Shown piece after piece: positions 30,631-41,974 of a stretch of DNA of 64,000 nucleotides (positions are counted from its first letter, which is position 1; the number at the start of each line of letters is the position of its first letter). The position numbers were made by a program, and so were the translations under genes. The notes under the pieces are model-generated. The model made no database searches, had not been told where the DNA came from, and saw nothing but the letters and a program-made list of their open reading frames with translations. Source of the stretch: an uncultured Chloroflexia bacterium. GTDB lineage: Bacteria > Chloroflexota > Anaerolineae > CG2-30-64-16. The DNA lies in NCBI GenBank assembly GCA_963774265.1, contig CAVZDU010000009.1, forward strand, positions 32,001 through 96,000, given 5' to 3'.

Positions 30631-31717
30631 GTGTCTGTTATTTCGATGAAGCAGTTGCTCGAAGCCGGTGTCCATTTCGGCCACCGAACCCGCCGCTGGC
30701 ATCCCAAGATGCGCACGTTCATCTTCACGGAACGCAACGGCATCCACATCATCGACCTCCAGCAGACCATGCGGCAGGTCAACAACGCCTACCAGATCGT
30801 GCGCGATACCGTGCGCGAGGGTGGGCTGGTGCTCTTCGTGGGCACCAAGAAGCAGGCGCAGGAAACGATTCGCGGCGAAGCCGAACGCTGCGGCATGCCC
30901 TTCATCACCACCCGCTGGCTCGGCGGCACGCTCACCAACTTCCGCACGATCCGCCTACGCGTCGAGTACATGCCGGACCTGGAGCGCCGCGAGACGCGCG
31001 GCGACCTGGATCGCCTGCCCAAGAAGGAAGCCCTGCTGCTGCGCAGCGAGCTCGTGCGCCTGAACAACCGCATCGGCGGCCTGCGCACTATGACGCACCT
31101 GCCCGACCTGCTCTTCATCGTCGATGTGCAGCGCGAATCACTGGCCGTCATCGAGGCCAACAAGCTGCACATCCCCATCGTGGCCATGGTCGACACCAAC
31201 TGCGACCCGGACCCGATCGATCTACCCGATCCCGTCGAACGACGACGCGATCCGCGCGATCAAGCTGATGGCGGGCAAGATGGCCGACGCGGTCGTCGAA
31301 GGCCTGCAGATGCGTGCAGTGGACGAGGCGGACCGCGCAGCGATGACGCCGGGCGCGGCAGAGCCTGAGCCGGTGGATGAGTTGGCCCAGGAAAAGCTGG
31401 ACCGCATCGCGTATATGGGCGTCGAAGACTTCTCCGTCGAAGAAGAGGGCCTTGCTGAAGACTACCTTGGGCCGTCCGTGCTGGAAAAGCTGGCCAAGGG
31501 ACTCGATACTCTGGACATTGAAGAAACCGTAACCGCACCTGCGATCGAGCCCGTGACCGCACCCGCGATCGAAGCCGCGACCGAGATCGAGCCTGTGACC
31601 GCACCCGCGATCGAAACTGAGATCGAAACCGCGGCCGAGATCGAAACCGCGGCCGAGATCGAGACCAAAACCGAGACTGCAACCGAAACCGGCGCCGAAA
31701 CCGTCGAAGAAGCGTAA
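30631..31717 (+). CDS. rpsB: 30S ribosomal protein S2 with long acidic C-terminal tail (frameshift near 31222)
   Basis: [50 protein letters not shown]. Confidence 0.95.
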
Positions 31718-31735
31718 TACTCCAGGAGAACTGTT

Positions 31736-32328
31736 GTGGAAATCACTGCCGCAATGGTGAAAGAATTGCGCGCGCTTACAGACGCGGGCGTGTTGGACTG
31801 CCGAAAGGCGCTGGAAAAGGCTGAGGGCGACACCTCAAAGGCCGCCGAATTTCTGCGGGAGAAGGGCCTGTCCACTGCGGCCAAGAAGGCGGACCGCGAG
31901 ACCAAAGAAGGCCTCATCGGTCATTACATTCACACGGGCAGCAAGGTCGCCGCGCTGGTCGAGGTGAACTGCGAGACCGACTTCGTAGCCCGCACCGAGC
32001 AGTTCCAGACGCTGATCCGGGAGCTGGCGATGCAGGTCGTCGCGGCCCGCCCCAATTACGTGCGAATCGAAGATATCCCGACCGAGACGCTCGAAGAGCT
32101 GAAGAACCAGTTCCGCCTGACCATCGACCCGAGCAAGACTGCTGAGCAGGCTGACCGCATCCTCGACGGGCAAGCTGGGCAAGTTCTACGAGGAAAACGT
32201 CCTGCTCGAACAGCCTTACATCAAGGACGAGAGCCTGAAGGTCAAGGACCTGATGACCGCCGTGATCGCCAAGCTGGGCGAGAACATCGTCGGTCCGCCG
32301 CTTCGCCCGACTTGAAGTTGGGGGCTGA
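31736..32328 (+). CDS. tsf: Elongation factor Ts, short form (frameshifted)
   Basis: [44 protein letters not shown]; follows rpsB. Confidence 0.93.
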
Positions 32329-32336
32329 GCGATCCT

Positions 32337-33052
32337 ATGTCCACCTTGCGCTATCGGCGTATCCTGCTGAAGCTTGGGGGCGAGGCCCTGGCCGGCGAGG
32401 GCGGCTTCGGGATTGACCCGCATGAGGCCGACGTCATTGCTGGAAAGGTGCGCCGGCTGCGCGAGCTGGGCGCAGAAGTGGCCATCGTGATCGGCGCTGG
32501 CAACCTGTGGCGCGGCAACGATGGCCAGGCGCACGGCATGGAACAAGCCACCGCCGATCACATGGGCATGCTTGCCACGGTCATGAATGCGCTGGCCCTG
32601 GCCGATGCCCTCCGGCGCACCGGTCTGGAGCCGCGCGTGATGACGGCAATCGAGATGCGCAGCGTGGCCGAGCCGTATATCCGCGGCCGCGCCATCCGCC
32701 ATCTGGAGAAAGGCTACGTGATCCTGCTGGCCGCAGGCACGGGCAACCCGTACTTCACGACCGACACGGCCGCCGCGCTTCGGGCGATGGAAATCAACGC
32801 CGAAGTACTGATCAAGGCCACGAAGGTGGACGGCGTCTACGACAAGGACCCGAAGAAGAATCCGGACGCGGTCAGGTTCGACCACCTCACCTACATCGAG
32901 GCGTTGAACCTGCGCGTAGGCGTGATGGACAGCACCGCGCTCACGCTGTGCATGGACAACGACCTGCCGATCATCGTGCTGGACCTGTGGCAGCCCAACG
33001 CGTCGAGGAGGCCGTCCTGGGCCAGCCAGTGGGGACGATCGTCGGCGCGTAG
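32337..33052 (+). CDS. pyrH: Uridylate kinase (frameshift near the 3' end)
   Basis: [42 protein letters not shown]. Confidence 0.95.
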
Positions 33053-33118
33053 CCCGTCCCATGCCCCTCTCTCGGTGATCGGGAGAGGGGTTGTTGCATT
33101 ACGACCTCAGGAGGTCTC

Positions 33119-33678
33119 ATGATCAAGGACATCTTGCACGATGCCCACGAGCGGATGGAGAAGACCATCGATGCGCTGCAGAGCGACCTGCGCGCAATCC
33201 GTACCGGCCGCGCCTCACCCGCGCTGGTCGAGCACGTGACGGTGGAGTACTACGGCACGCCAACTGCCCTGAACCAACTGGCCGGCATGACCGTACCCGA
33301 GCCGCGCATGCTCATGATTCGCCCATGGGATCGTAACACGATCGGCATCATCGAAAAAGCGATCCTCAAGTCGGATCTGGGCCTGACGCCCAACAACGAC
33401 GGCCAGGTGATTCGCCTGATCATCCCGCAACTCACCGAAGAGCGCCGCCGCGAGCTGAACAAGCAAGTGGCGCGAGCGCGTGGAAGAGGCGCGCGTCTCC
33501 GCCCGCAACATCCGCCGTGACGCGATCGACATGCTGCGTGACGCTGGAAAAAGAGAAGCTGATCGACGAGGATGAGCTCCACAAGGGCCAGGAACAGGTT
33601 CAAGAACTGACCGACAAGTATATCAAGCAGATCGACGAGATCGGGAAGGCCAAAGAAGCCGAAATCCTGGAAGGGTGA
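33119..33678 (+). CDS. frr: Ribosome recycling factor (frameshifted)
   Basis: [39 protein letters not shown]. Confidence 0.93.
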
Positions 33679-33679
33679 C

Positions 33680-34424
33680 GTGGCCGAGAAACTCTCGCTG
33701 CCCCAACGCTACCCTGAAGTCACCCGTATCCCGTATCATGTCGGCATCATCATGGACGGCAACGGGCGCTGGGCGCAGGCGCGCGGGTTGCCGCGCCTGG
33801 CCGGACACAAGGCCGGCACGGACAACATGCGCCGGGTGTTGACCGCGTGCTCGGACTTCGGCGTCAAGGTGCTGACGGTCTACGCCTTCTCTACGGAGAA
33901 CTGGGCGCGGCCGCCCGACGAGGTCGCGGGGCTGATGAGCATCCTGGGCCAGTACATCCAACGCGAGACGCGGGATTTGCACGCGAACGGTGTGTGCATC
34001 CGGCACAGCGGCCGCCTGGAAGGCATAGCGCCGCAGCTTGCGCAGCAGATCCAGGACGCGGTCGCCCTGACCTGCAACAACAACCGTATCACGCTCAACG
34101 TGGCCTTCAACTACGGCGGCCGCGCCGAAATCGTCGACGCCGTGCGGCACATCCTGCGGGATGGGTATGCAGCCGGATGAGGTGACCGAAGAGCTGATCT
34201 CCGATTACCTCTACACGGGCGGTTTGCCCGATCCCGACCTGATCATCCGCACCGGCGGCGAGTATCGGCTGAGCAATTTCCTGATCTGGCAGGCGGCGTA
34301 TGCCGAGTACTACGCCACACCCACCTTCTGGCCCGATTTTGACGAAGCCGAGCTCGCGGCCGCGCTGAGCGAATACAGCCAGCGCGAGCGCCGCTTCGGC
34401 AAAGTGCCTGCGTCCGACGCCTGA
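33680..34424 (+). CDS. uppS: Undecaprenyl diphosphate synthase (frameshift near 34165)
   Basis: [53 protein letters not shown]. Confidence 0.95.
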
Positions 34425-34455
34425 ACCGGCCCATCCTTCGCCGACGGAGACCGCC

Positions 34456-35262
34456 TTGCTGCGTACTCGCGTGCTGAGCGTCCTGGTCCTGTTGCCCTTC
34501 GTCATCCTGCTCACCTACCTTGGCGGGATTCCCTGGGCCCTCGGCGTTGCCTCCGTCGGCGTCATCGCATGGGGCGAGATGACCCGGCTGCTCCAGCGCA
34601 GCGATTTCGCGGTCGATCGCCTTTTGGGCCTCGTCTTCATCGTTGTTGCGATCGTGGAGGCCTATCTGCGCGGCGCGGGCATCATCCAGGTCGATCTTCT
34701 ACGACCGCTCCTCGCGCTCCTGGTGATCTCGTCGCTCGTCTCCGCGCTGTACGACAAGTCCGAGCATCCCACTTCCAACTGGGCGATCAACATCGCCAGC
34801 GCGCTCTACCTGGGCTTCATGCTCAGCCACTTCGTGACCCTGCGAGAACGAGCCAATGGCTTTCACTGGGCTGTCTTCGCGTTCACAATCACCTGGATCG
34901 GCGACACCTTCGCCTATTTCGTCGGGAGCAGCCTGGGCAAGCACAAGCTGTGGCCGCGCATCAGCCCGAGGAAGACCTGGGAAGGGCTGGCGGGCGAGAT
35001 CGTCAGTTGCCTGATCGCCGGCCCGCTCCTGGGCGCCTGGCTCGTGGGCATTACCATCTGGCAAGGGCTGCTGGTCGGGCTGCTGATCGCCGTGCTGGGC
35101 ACATTCGGTGACCTGGCGGTGTCGCTCCTGAAACGCATGGCGCACGCAAAGGATTCAAGCCAGTTGATCCCCGGCCACGGCGGCATGCTGGACCGCCTGG
35201 ACAGCCTGATGTTTACCTTCCCCGTCGTCACCTATTTCGCACTCGTCGTGGCTGGAGGCTAA
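34456..35262 (+). CDS. cdsA: Phosphatidate cytidylyltransferase
   Basis: DTFAYFVG, ISPRKTWEG, KDSSQLIPGHGGMLDRLDS. Confidence 0.93.
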   Translation: MLRTRVLSVLVLLPFVILLTYLGGIPWALGVASVGVIAWGEMTRLLQRSDFAVDRLLGLVFIVVAIVEAYLRGAGIIQVDLLRPLLALLVISSLVSALYDKSEHPTSNWAINIASALYLGFMLSHFVTLRERANGFHWAVFAFTITWIGDTFAYFVGSSLGKHKLWPRISPRKTWEGLAGEIVSCLIAGPLLGAWLVGITIWQGLLVGLLIAVLGTFGDLAVSLLKRMAHAKDSSQLIPGHGGMLDRLDSLMFTFPVVTYFALVVAGG

Positions 35263-35266
35263 CCTT

Positions 35267-36802
35267 ATGCAAAACGAACCATCTCTTCGCCGACGGGCCG
35301 TAAACGCCTGGGTCATGTATGACTGGGCCAACTCCGCATTTGCGACGACCACCATGGCCGCAGTGCTGCCGGTGTTTTTCAGCACCGTGGCGGCCAAGGG
35401 TGCACTCACCCCCGTCCAGGCCAGCAGCACCTGGGGGCTGACCCAGACCATCGGCATGTTGCTCGTGGCGCTGACCGCGCCGGTGCTCGGTGCGATCGCC
35501 GACTACAGCGGGTCCAAGAAGCGCTTCCTGGCTGCGTTCGCCATCCCAGGCATCTTGGCTGCGGCGCTGATGGTGTTCATCAGCACGGGCGACTGGCTGC
35601 TTGCGGTCATCCTCTATGTCGTCGGCGAGATCGGCTTTTCGGGTTCCATCATTTTCTACGATGCCTTATTGCCCCACGTGGCGCGGCCGGACGAGATCGA
35701 CCAGGTGTCGTCGCGCGGCTATGCGATGGGCTATCTTGGTGGCGGCCTGCTCCTGGCGATCAACATCCTGATGATCCAGATGCCCGACGCGCTCGGCATC
35801 ACCGCCCTGGGCGCGCGTTTCGGCGTCGGCGGCGCCGAAATGGGCACCCGGCTGAGCCTGGCCAGCGTGGGGCTGTGGTGGGCCATCTTCTCGATCCCCC
35901 TCTTCCGCCATGTGCCTGAGCCGCAGCGCCGCCGGCTGGCGACCGACAAAATCGAGAACCCGATCAAAGGCGGGTTTGCGCGGCTGTTGGGCACGTTCAA
36001 AGAGCTGCGACTGTACCGGCAGCTCATGATCTTCATCATCGCCTTCTGGATCTACAACGACGGCATTGGCACCATCATCAAGATGGCGACGATCTACGGC
36101 GCGGAGATCGGCATCGGCCAGATCGACCTGATCGGCGCCCTGTTGCTGACGCAATTCGTGGGCATCCCGTTCTCGTTGATCTTCGGGCGGCTGCCGCGAC
36201 GGGATGATCCGCGCCAGGCCTTCTTCCTGGGCTACATCCTGTACAACGCGCTCACCCTCCCCCTGATCGGCTTCCTCGCGCCCCGGTTTGGGATCACAAG
36301 CGGGCCGATGGCCGTCGTCATCGTGTTGGTCAACCAGATCCTCGCGTACCTGCTGAGCCGATTCGTGCTGGCGCCCCTGCTCACGCCGCTGGCCCGCCGC
36401 CTGAATGCCAAGAATGCGATCCTGCTTGCACTCGGCGTCTACACCCTGGTGTCGATCTGGGGCTTCTTCATGGCGACCGCGGTGGAATTCTGGCTGCTGG
36501 CGACGATGGTCGGTCTTGTCCAGGGCGGCAGCCAGGCGCTCAGCCGCTCGCTCTTCGGCAACATGGTGCCCAAGGCGCAGACGGGCGAGTTCTTCGGGTT
36601 CTACGACATGAGCTCGAAGTTCGCGGGCCTGGTCGGGCCGCTGCTCTTCGCGGTGGTCGGCCAGCTCTTCGGGACCAGCCGGCTGAGCATCGTCTCGTTG
36701 ATCATCTTCTTCATCGTGGGAGGGCTGATCCTGACAAAGGTCAACGAAGAAGAAGGTGTGCGCGTCGCCCGCGAGGCGGACGCGCGGGTCATCGCGTCGT
36801 GA
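35267..36802 (+). CDS. MFS transporter (UMF1/Atg22-like)
   Basis: AWVMYDWANSAF, FYDALLP, VSSRGYAMGYLGG, QGGSQALSRSLF. Confidence 0.85.
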   Translation: MQNEPSLRRRAVNAWVMYDWANSAFATTTMAAVLPVFFSTVAAKGALTPVQASSTWGLTQTIGMLLVALTAPVLGAIADYSGSKKRFLAAFAIPGILAAALMVFISTGDWLLAVILYVVGEIGFSGSIIFYDALLPHVARPDEIDQVSSRGYAMGYLGGGLLLAINILMIQMPDALGITALGARFGVGGAEMGTRLSLASVGLWWAIFSIPLFRHVPEPQRRRLATDKIENPIKGGFARLLGTFKELRLYRQLMIFIIAFWIYNDGIGTIIKMATIYGAEIGIGQIDLIGALLLTQFVGIPFSLIFGRLPRRDDPRQAFFLGYILYNALTLPLIGFLAPRFGITSGPMAVVIVLVNQILAYLLSRFVLAPLLTPLARRLNAKNAILLALGVYTLVSIWGFFMATAVEFWLLATMVGLVQGGSQALSRSLFGNMVPKAQTGEFFGFYDMSSKFAGLVGPLLFAVVGQLFGTSRLSIVSLIIFFIVGGLILTKVNEEEGVRVAREADARVIAS

Positions 36803-37758
36803 GCGAAACCGGGTCGGGCTCGCCCACCACTGCGACCGCCCAGGCCGCGAACAAGGGCGGGCCTCGAGTCAGCACCGATCTGTTGATGCTCCTGACGGTC
36901 CTCATCTGGGGCGTCAATTTTACATCCGTCAAGCTTGCGTTGGGCTACATGGCGCCGCTGGCTTACAACGCCGTGCGCTTTTCCCTTGCGACCCTCGTGA
37001 CAATGGGCGTCCTGGCCTGGCAGGCGCGCGCCACGAGCGATCGCTCTCTCCTCCGCGTGCCGCGGCGAGACATTGTCCCCATCATCCTGCTGGGTCTCGC
37101 CGGCCACACCGTGTACCAGGCGATGTTTGCGAACGGCGTGGCGCGCTCCACGCCGGCCAACGCATCCCTGCTGCTGGCCACTGCGCCCATCTGGGTGGCG
37201 ATCCTGGGGTATCTCCTGGGCATCGAGCGCATCAGCCGCCTGATGCTGGCCGGCATCCTGCTATCATTCAGCGGCATCATGCTGCTCGTCACGAGCGGCG
37301 GCAAAGTCGACCTGGGAAGCAGCTTGCTGCTGGGCAACGTCCTGTTGTTGGCGTGCTCCATGCTTTGGGCCGTGTACACGACGGGCAGTAAACCGCTCCT
37401 GGCCCGTCACTCGCCCCTCAAGCTCACCGCCTGGTCGATGTTGGCCGGCACCATCCCCCTGGTCCTGATCAGCATTCCCGACCTCCGCCGCCAGGACTGG
37501 GGGGAGATTCCGCCGATTGCCTGGGGCGCCTTGCTTTACTCGGCCGTGCTGGCGGTGACCGTGGGTTACACCATCTGGTACGCCAGCGTGCAGCGCGTCG
37601 GCAACGCGCGGACAGCCATCTACAGCAACCTGACCCCCATCGTGGCGATTCTGTTCGCCTGGCTGACGCTCGGCGACGCGCTCGCGCCGCTGCAGTTGCT
37701 GGGCGCCGCGATCGTGCTGGCCGGACTGATCATCACCCGGCGCGGGCGGACGAGATAG
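36799..37758 (+). CDS. DMT/EamA family transporter
   Basis: About ten TM segments in two EamA-like repeats (IWGVNF; LTPIVAILFAWLTLGD). Confidence 0.85.
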   Translation: MSETGSGSPTTATAQAANKGGPRVSTDLLMLLTVLIWGVNFTSVKLALGYMAPLAYNAVRFSLATLVTMGVLAWQARATSDRSLLRVPRRDIVPIILLGLAGHTVYQAMFANGVARSTPANASLLLATAPIWVAILGYLLGIERISRLMLAGILLSFSGIMLLVTSGGKVDLGSSLLLGNVLLLACSMLWAVYTTGSKPLLARHSPLKLTAWSMLAGTIPLVLISIPDLRRQDWGEIPPIAWGALLYSAVLAVTVGYTIWYASVQRVGNARTAIYSNLTPIVAILFAWLTLGDALAPLQLLGAAIVLAGLIITRRGRTR

Positions 37759-37767
37759 GGACCCATC

Positions 37768-38454
37768 ATGGCGCGACTGTTCAAGCTGGCTTATCAGTTG
37801 CGGATGCACCGGCTGGGCGACGGCCGGCTGGACGTCTTGGGGCGCAATCTTGCATTCCTCGCGGTTGCGGTCATCCTCGTCCAATGGTTATTGCGCGGCC
37901 GGCCCGCGCTGCCGGCGTGGCATTGGCTGACGCTCGGGCTGATGCTCTTCGGTGCGTTGGGGCTAGTCGTCTTGCGCATCTGGGCGGGCCGCGCCGGCTA
38001 CGTTGCGTTTACGCCGCAACCGGACCTGGCCGCGCCCGCGCCCCGCGAAATGACCCCGGATGACAAAGAGGCCCACTTCGCAACGGGCCGCTTCGAGGTT
38101 GCGGAGAAGCGGGGCTACCTGGCGGATTTGGCCGCCTACTGGCGCTCCTTCGGCACGCGCGAGCACGCGGTGATGGCCATCCAGCACGCCTCGCGGTTCC
38201 TGGTCGGGAGCCTCCCCGCAGAGCAGATCGGCATGTGGTACATCTTCTTCCGGCCGGAGGACATCGACGAGGTCACGCCGGGCGTGGTCGCCTTCGGCGC
38301 GGGCCGGCGGCCCGGCTTGCGCGTGGTCTATCGCAGCCTGCCACCCGAGGACGCGAAGAAGCCGAAGAAGCCGGTGCGGGATACCGTGTATCTCGCGTTC
38401 GAGAGTGAGGCCGGCCGGGATCGCGTGTGGGCGGATTTGGCCGCGGACGGATAG
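37768..38454 (+). CDS. Hypothetical protein with two N-terminal TM helices
   Basis: 228-aa ORF, operon-like spacing after the EamA gene. Confidence 0.6.
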   Translation: MARLFKLAYQLRMHRLGDGRLDVLGRNLAFLAVAVILVQWLLRGRPALPAWHWLTLGLMLFGALGLVVLRIWAGRAGYVAFTPQPDLAAPAPREMTPDDKEAHFATGRFEVAEKRGYLADLAAYWRSFGTREHAVMAIQHASRFLVGSLPAEQIGMWYIFFRPEDIDEVTPGVVAFGAGRRPGLRVVYRSLPPEDAKKPKKPVRDTVYLAFESEAGRDRVWADLAADG

Positions 38455-38596
38455 CGCCACGCGACCAGGTGCGAACACCTGCCGGGTTGGCGGGTCCACT
38501 CCCTGAAGTCCATCTAGGCTACTTCCCGACTGCGCCAGGTCGCGGCATCCGGCGTTGTCACTCGACGGGTGCGCTTCAGTTGTCGATCGTTGCAGC

Positions 38597-39178
38597 CTAC
38601 CCCTGCCCAATCTCACCGAGCGCCCGCTCAAGCAGGTCGTTCACTCCGAGACTCGCGGCCCACTGGTGCATATAGACAAGGTCTAGCCGGTCGCCCTGGA
38701 CAGCCAGCACCCCCAGGATATCGCGCCACTGTCGGTCGGATATCTCGTCGCCCAGGCGGTACCACTCCAGCTTGGCCAGGATGGTGTCTTCCGGGGTGGC
38801 AACGAAGATGACGCAGTCAGAATCAGGGTCCGCAGTCCACGGCTGTCGCCGTTCCAATTGTTGCCTATCGAAGGGCCTGTTTTTCGGGATGAAGACGTCC
38901 ACCTTGAACATGGACGCCAGGTGGATCAGGTTGAAGCTGCCGCGTTGCTGGATCGCATGGCGGATGGTGTCGATGTCGAGGTAGAACGTGCCTGCCAGAA
39001 GATCGGCGAACGGCCGCGCTTGTTGCAGGCTCAGATCGGCGACGATGTCGGTATCCAAAGTAGTGCGCACTACACCATGGATTGTGCTGGCGAGCGACCC
39101 GCCGATCACGTATGTCGTGCCCACCTGCTCCAGGGCGTCAATCACCTGCAGCGTCACGGCAATCGGTTCAGGCAGCAT
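38597..39178 (-). CDS. Nucleotidyltransferase, putative toxin (MenT/DUF6036-like)
   Basis: YVIGGSLASTIHGVVRTTLDTDIV (GG..A..R.T.D.D NTase signature), ATPEDTILAKLEW, RQWRDI. Confidence 0.75.
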   Translation of the reverse strand: MLPEPIAVTLQVIDALEQVGTTYVIGGSLASTIHGVVRTTLDTDIVADLSLQQARPFADLLAGTFYLDIDTIRHAIQQRGSFNLIHLASMFKVDVFIPKNRPFDRQQLERRQPWTADPDSDCVIFVATPEDTILAKLEWYRLGDEISDRQWRDILGVLAVQGDRLDLVYMHQWAASLGVNDLLERALGEIGQG

Positions 39179-39434
39179 GGGCTGCCTCCGGCAAGCGCGG
39201 ACCGTAAGCCCGGGCTGCCAACTCCGGACCAAGCAGGAGGTCCGCCAGGTAACGCTGTAACTGCGCCTCGGTCGCCTCAGGGTGGCGCACCTGCAAACCC
39301 TGGAGCGCCAACTGGCGGACAGCCGCGTTCATCTGCCCTAACATCTCGAGTTTACGAGCAACAGACGCATGACGCAACAGGTCGATCAAGACCCGCTCGG
39401 CCTGCGACCCGGTATCGGGGAACAACGCTGTCAT
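39168..39434 (-). CDS. Small helical protein, putative antitoxin partner of the NTase
   Basis: 88 aa, MTALFPDT...RKLEML...RHPEATEAQL; overlaps the NTase start. Confidence 0.65.
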   Translation of the reverse strand: MTALFPDTGSQAERVLIDLLRHASVARKLEMLGQMNAAVRQLALQGLQVRHPEATEAQLQRYLADLLLGPELAARAYGPRLPEAAHAA

Positions 39435-39496
39435 ATCGCCACTACTCCATTGGGGCCATTCTAGCATGTCGGTAGAAAGCTGTAAACGCGGCTCCA

Positions 39497-41332
39497 CTAT
39501 GAAGCGACGCCCCCCTCCTCGACAGTCTGCTGCGGGCGATCCTCCCAATCGATCCAATCGACGTTCTCTGCGCGCACGTACGCGGTGACCGTCACCCCGA
39601 TGGTGCGGAAGGAGTAGCGCTCGCCAAACCGGTCGAATAAGCCGAAGCGCTTGAGCTTGTCTTTGACCGGGCCTTTCATCTCGGCGAAGCACAACTGGAT
39701 CCCGGCGGCCCGCAGTTCCTTTTCCAGGCTATCCAGCATGTCCGCTGCGGTGATGTCGATGCTGGTCACCGGCTCCGCGGCCACCGCCAGCCAGCGCACG
39801 GGCGTCGGCGACTCATCCACTGCATCCAGCACACTGTTGCGGAACTGCTCGGCGTTGGCAAAGAAGAGCGGCGCGTCCCAGCGAAACAGGACCAGTCCCG
39901 GGATGCGCCTGGCCTCGGGATGACGGGCGATGTCGTGATAGCCCTTGAGGCCATCCACGCGGCCCAACACGGCATGGTGCGGCCGCCAGCCTTCCCACAG
40001 AAACTCGATCACCGCGATGCCGATGGCCGCCAGGATACCGGGCACCGGTCCCAGCAGCGCCACACCGGCGAAGCAGGCGATCGACAGCCAGAATTCCCAG
40101 CGCTGCATGCGGTAGAGCCGGCGCAGGTCCTTCACCTCGAAGAGCCCGATCGCCGCCGCAATCACGATTGCCGCCAACGCTGTGTTGGGCAGGTTTTGCA
40201 GCAGGTTCGGCGCGGCAAACAATAGGAGTACGACCGACAGCGCGCCCACCACCCCGGTCAGCTGCGTGCGCGCGCCCGCCGCTTCGGCCACGGGCGTGCG
40301 TGACGCGCTGCTGTTGATCGGAAAGCCCTGGAAAAGACCGGCGGCCAGGTTGGCCACGCCGAGCCCCACCATTTCGCGATTTGGGTCGACGTATTCGCCA
40401 ATCTTGGCCGCGTAGTTCCGCGATAACACGCTCGTCTGCGCAAAAGAAACCGCCACGATGGCGATGGCGCCAATCAGGAGCGATGTGAGGTCCTGCGAGC
40501 TCACGATGGGCAGGGTCAGTGTGGGTAAGCCCTGGGGCAGTTGGCCGACCACTGAAACGCCCGCCCGGCGGGCCAGGTCCAGCACGGTCACAATCAGGGT
40601 GGCGCCCACCACGGAAACCAGCACCGCCGGCACACGCTTCCGGCGCTTGAGAACGAGGACCACCAAAAGCGTGCCTGCCCCCAGCGCCAGGCTGACCCAA
40701 TTGGTGCGGCCTGCCACCACGGCCCCGCCGACTTCCCACAGCCTCGGCAGCAGCCCGCCGGCGCTGACCGAAAACCCAAACAGCTTAGGCAGCTGGCTGA
40801 CGAGCACGGTCAGCGCGATGCCGTTCATATAGCCGTAGCGAATCGGCTTCGAAAGCAGCTCGGTAATGAAGCCGACGCGTGCCAGTCCTACCAGGATACA
40901 CATCAACCCGGAGATGATGGCGAGCGCTCCCGCCAACACCACCGCGCGACCGGCGTCGCCCCCTGCCAGCGGCAGGATCACTGCCGCGATCATCGGCGCC
41001 AGTGCAGAATCGGGACCCACGATCAGGATGCGGCTGGGCCCAAAGACGGCGTACGCCAGCAGCGGAAAGATCGTGGCATACAGCCCGTAGATCGCCGGCA
41101 AGCCCGACGCCTGGGCGTAGGCCAGGCCTACCGGCACCAACAGTGCCGTGAGCACAATGCCGGCCACCAGGTCATTCTGCAGCCAGGACAGCTGGTAGTG
41201 CCGGATGACGTGCACGCCCGGCAGCCATGCCAGCACGCCCTGTTGGTCTTTGAAAGGCTTCGCGCGCAAGATCCTGCCGGGTTGGCTCGCCAGCGCCTGG
41301 GTGGGATCCGTACCCGATTCAGCGCTCATCAT
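39497..41332 (-). CDS. SulP family anion permease with STAS domain
   Basis: DLVAGIVL..PVGLAYA..GLYAT, GPDS, SSASRT, FRWDAPLFFANA. Confidence 0.9.
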   Translation of the reverse strand: MMSAESGTDPTQALASQPGRILRAKPFKDQQGVLAWLPGVHVIRHYQLSWLQNDLVAGIVLTALLVPVGLAYAQASGLPAIYGLYATIFPLLAYAVFGPSRILIVGPDSALAPMIAAVILPLAGGDAGRAVVLAGALAIISGLMCILVGLARVGFITELLSKPIRYGYMNGIALTVLVSQLPKLFGFSVSAGGLLPRLWEVGGAVVAGRTNWVSLALGAGTLLVVLVLKRRKRVPAVLVSVVGATLIVTVLDLARRAGVSVVGQLPQGLPTLTLPIVSSQDLTSLLIGAIAIVAVSFAQTSVLSRNYAAKIGEYVDPNREMVGLGVANLAAGLFQGFPINSSASRTPVAEAAGARTQLTGVVGALSVVLLLFAAPNLLQNLPNTALAAIVIAAAIGLFEVKDLRRLYRMQRWEFWLSIACFAGVALLGPVPGILAAIGIAVIEFLWEGWRPHHAVLGRVDGLKGYHDIARHPEARRIPGLVLFRWDAPLFFANAEQFRNSVLDAVDESPTPVRWLAVAAEPVTSIDITAADMLDSLEKELRAAGIQLCFAEMKGPVKDKLKRFGLFDRFGERYSFRTIGVTVTAYVRAENVDWIDWEDRPQQTVEEGGVAS

Positions 41333-41606
41333 CTGCCCCCCATCTTCAGAGCAACACTCCGGAAAGCCGCTCTCTTGCGACTCGTCCGGTGAAATACTCT
41401 TCCGCCAAGAACCCTGTGCTGCATTATCGCGCCGGTTGTTGACGATGTGAAGTGATCGTGACGCCGGCCGGGCCCGTCCACCGCTCGACTTATATCGCCC
41501 ACAAACATTGATTGCGTTCCGTAATATGCGCCGTAACCAAGGCATCGATACAATCGTTAGTAAAGATGAAGCACCCGTTCCCGGTTCAGGCGGCGAAGGA
41601 GGCCAT

Positions 41607-41966
41607 ATGGCTACCAAAACTCGGGTAGCAGTGTGCGGCAGTTGCCTCTACATGGCAGGTCTCGCGGCTGGCCTGCAAACGAACCCGGCCCTCGATGTCG
41701 TGCACATCCGCGCGAGCTCGCCCGCCTTACCGCAACGGCTCACCGAGCTCGCGCCGGCGGTGATCGCGTATGCACCCGGAGAAATGCCCGAAGCCGTAAC
41801 CGCCTCGCTGCTCGATGCGCGGCCGGACCTGCTCCTGGTCTGTGTGGATTGGACGACCAACGAAATGCAGGCATCTTCCGGCCAGCGTGCCACGGTGCTA
41901 TCGGCGAACGACTTCCTGGAATTGATCGCCGTATCTGACGACGGATCGACTCGTCAGACCGGCTGA
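41607..41966 (+). CDS. Hypothetical protein (possible degenerate receiver-like fold)
   Basis: Strong RBS AAGGAGG before ATG 41607; 119 aa. Confidence 0.5.
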   Translation: MATKTRVAVCGSCLYMAGLAAGLQTNPALDVVHIRASSPALPQRLTELAPAVIAYAPGEMPEAVTASLLDARPDLLLVCVDWTTNEMQASSGQRATVLSANDFLELIAVSDDGSTRQTG

Positions 41967-41974
41967 GGAATGCC

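Noticed and set aside
30631-34424. Programmed frameshifting or pseudogenisation of rpsB, tsf, pyrH, frr and uppS
   Set aside because: These genes are essential, the shifts lack a common slippery motif, and similar indels occur throughout the window. Sequencing or assembly error is the simplest explanation.
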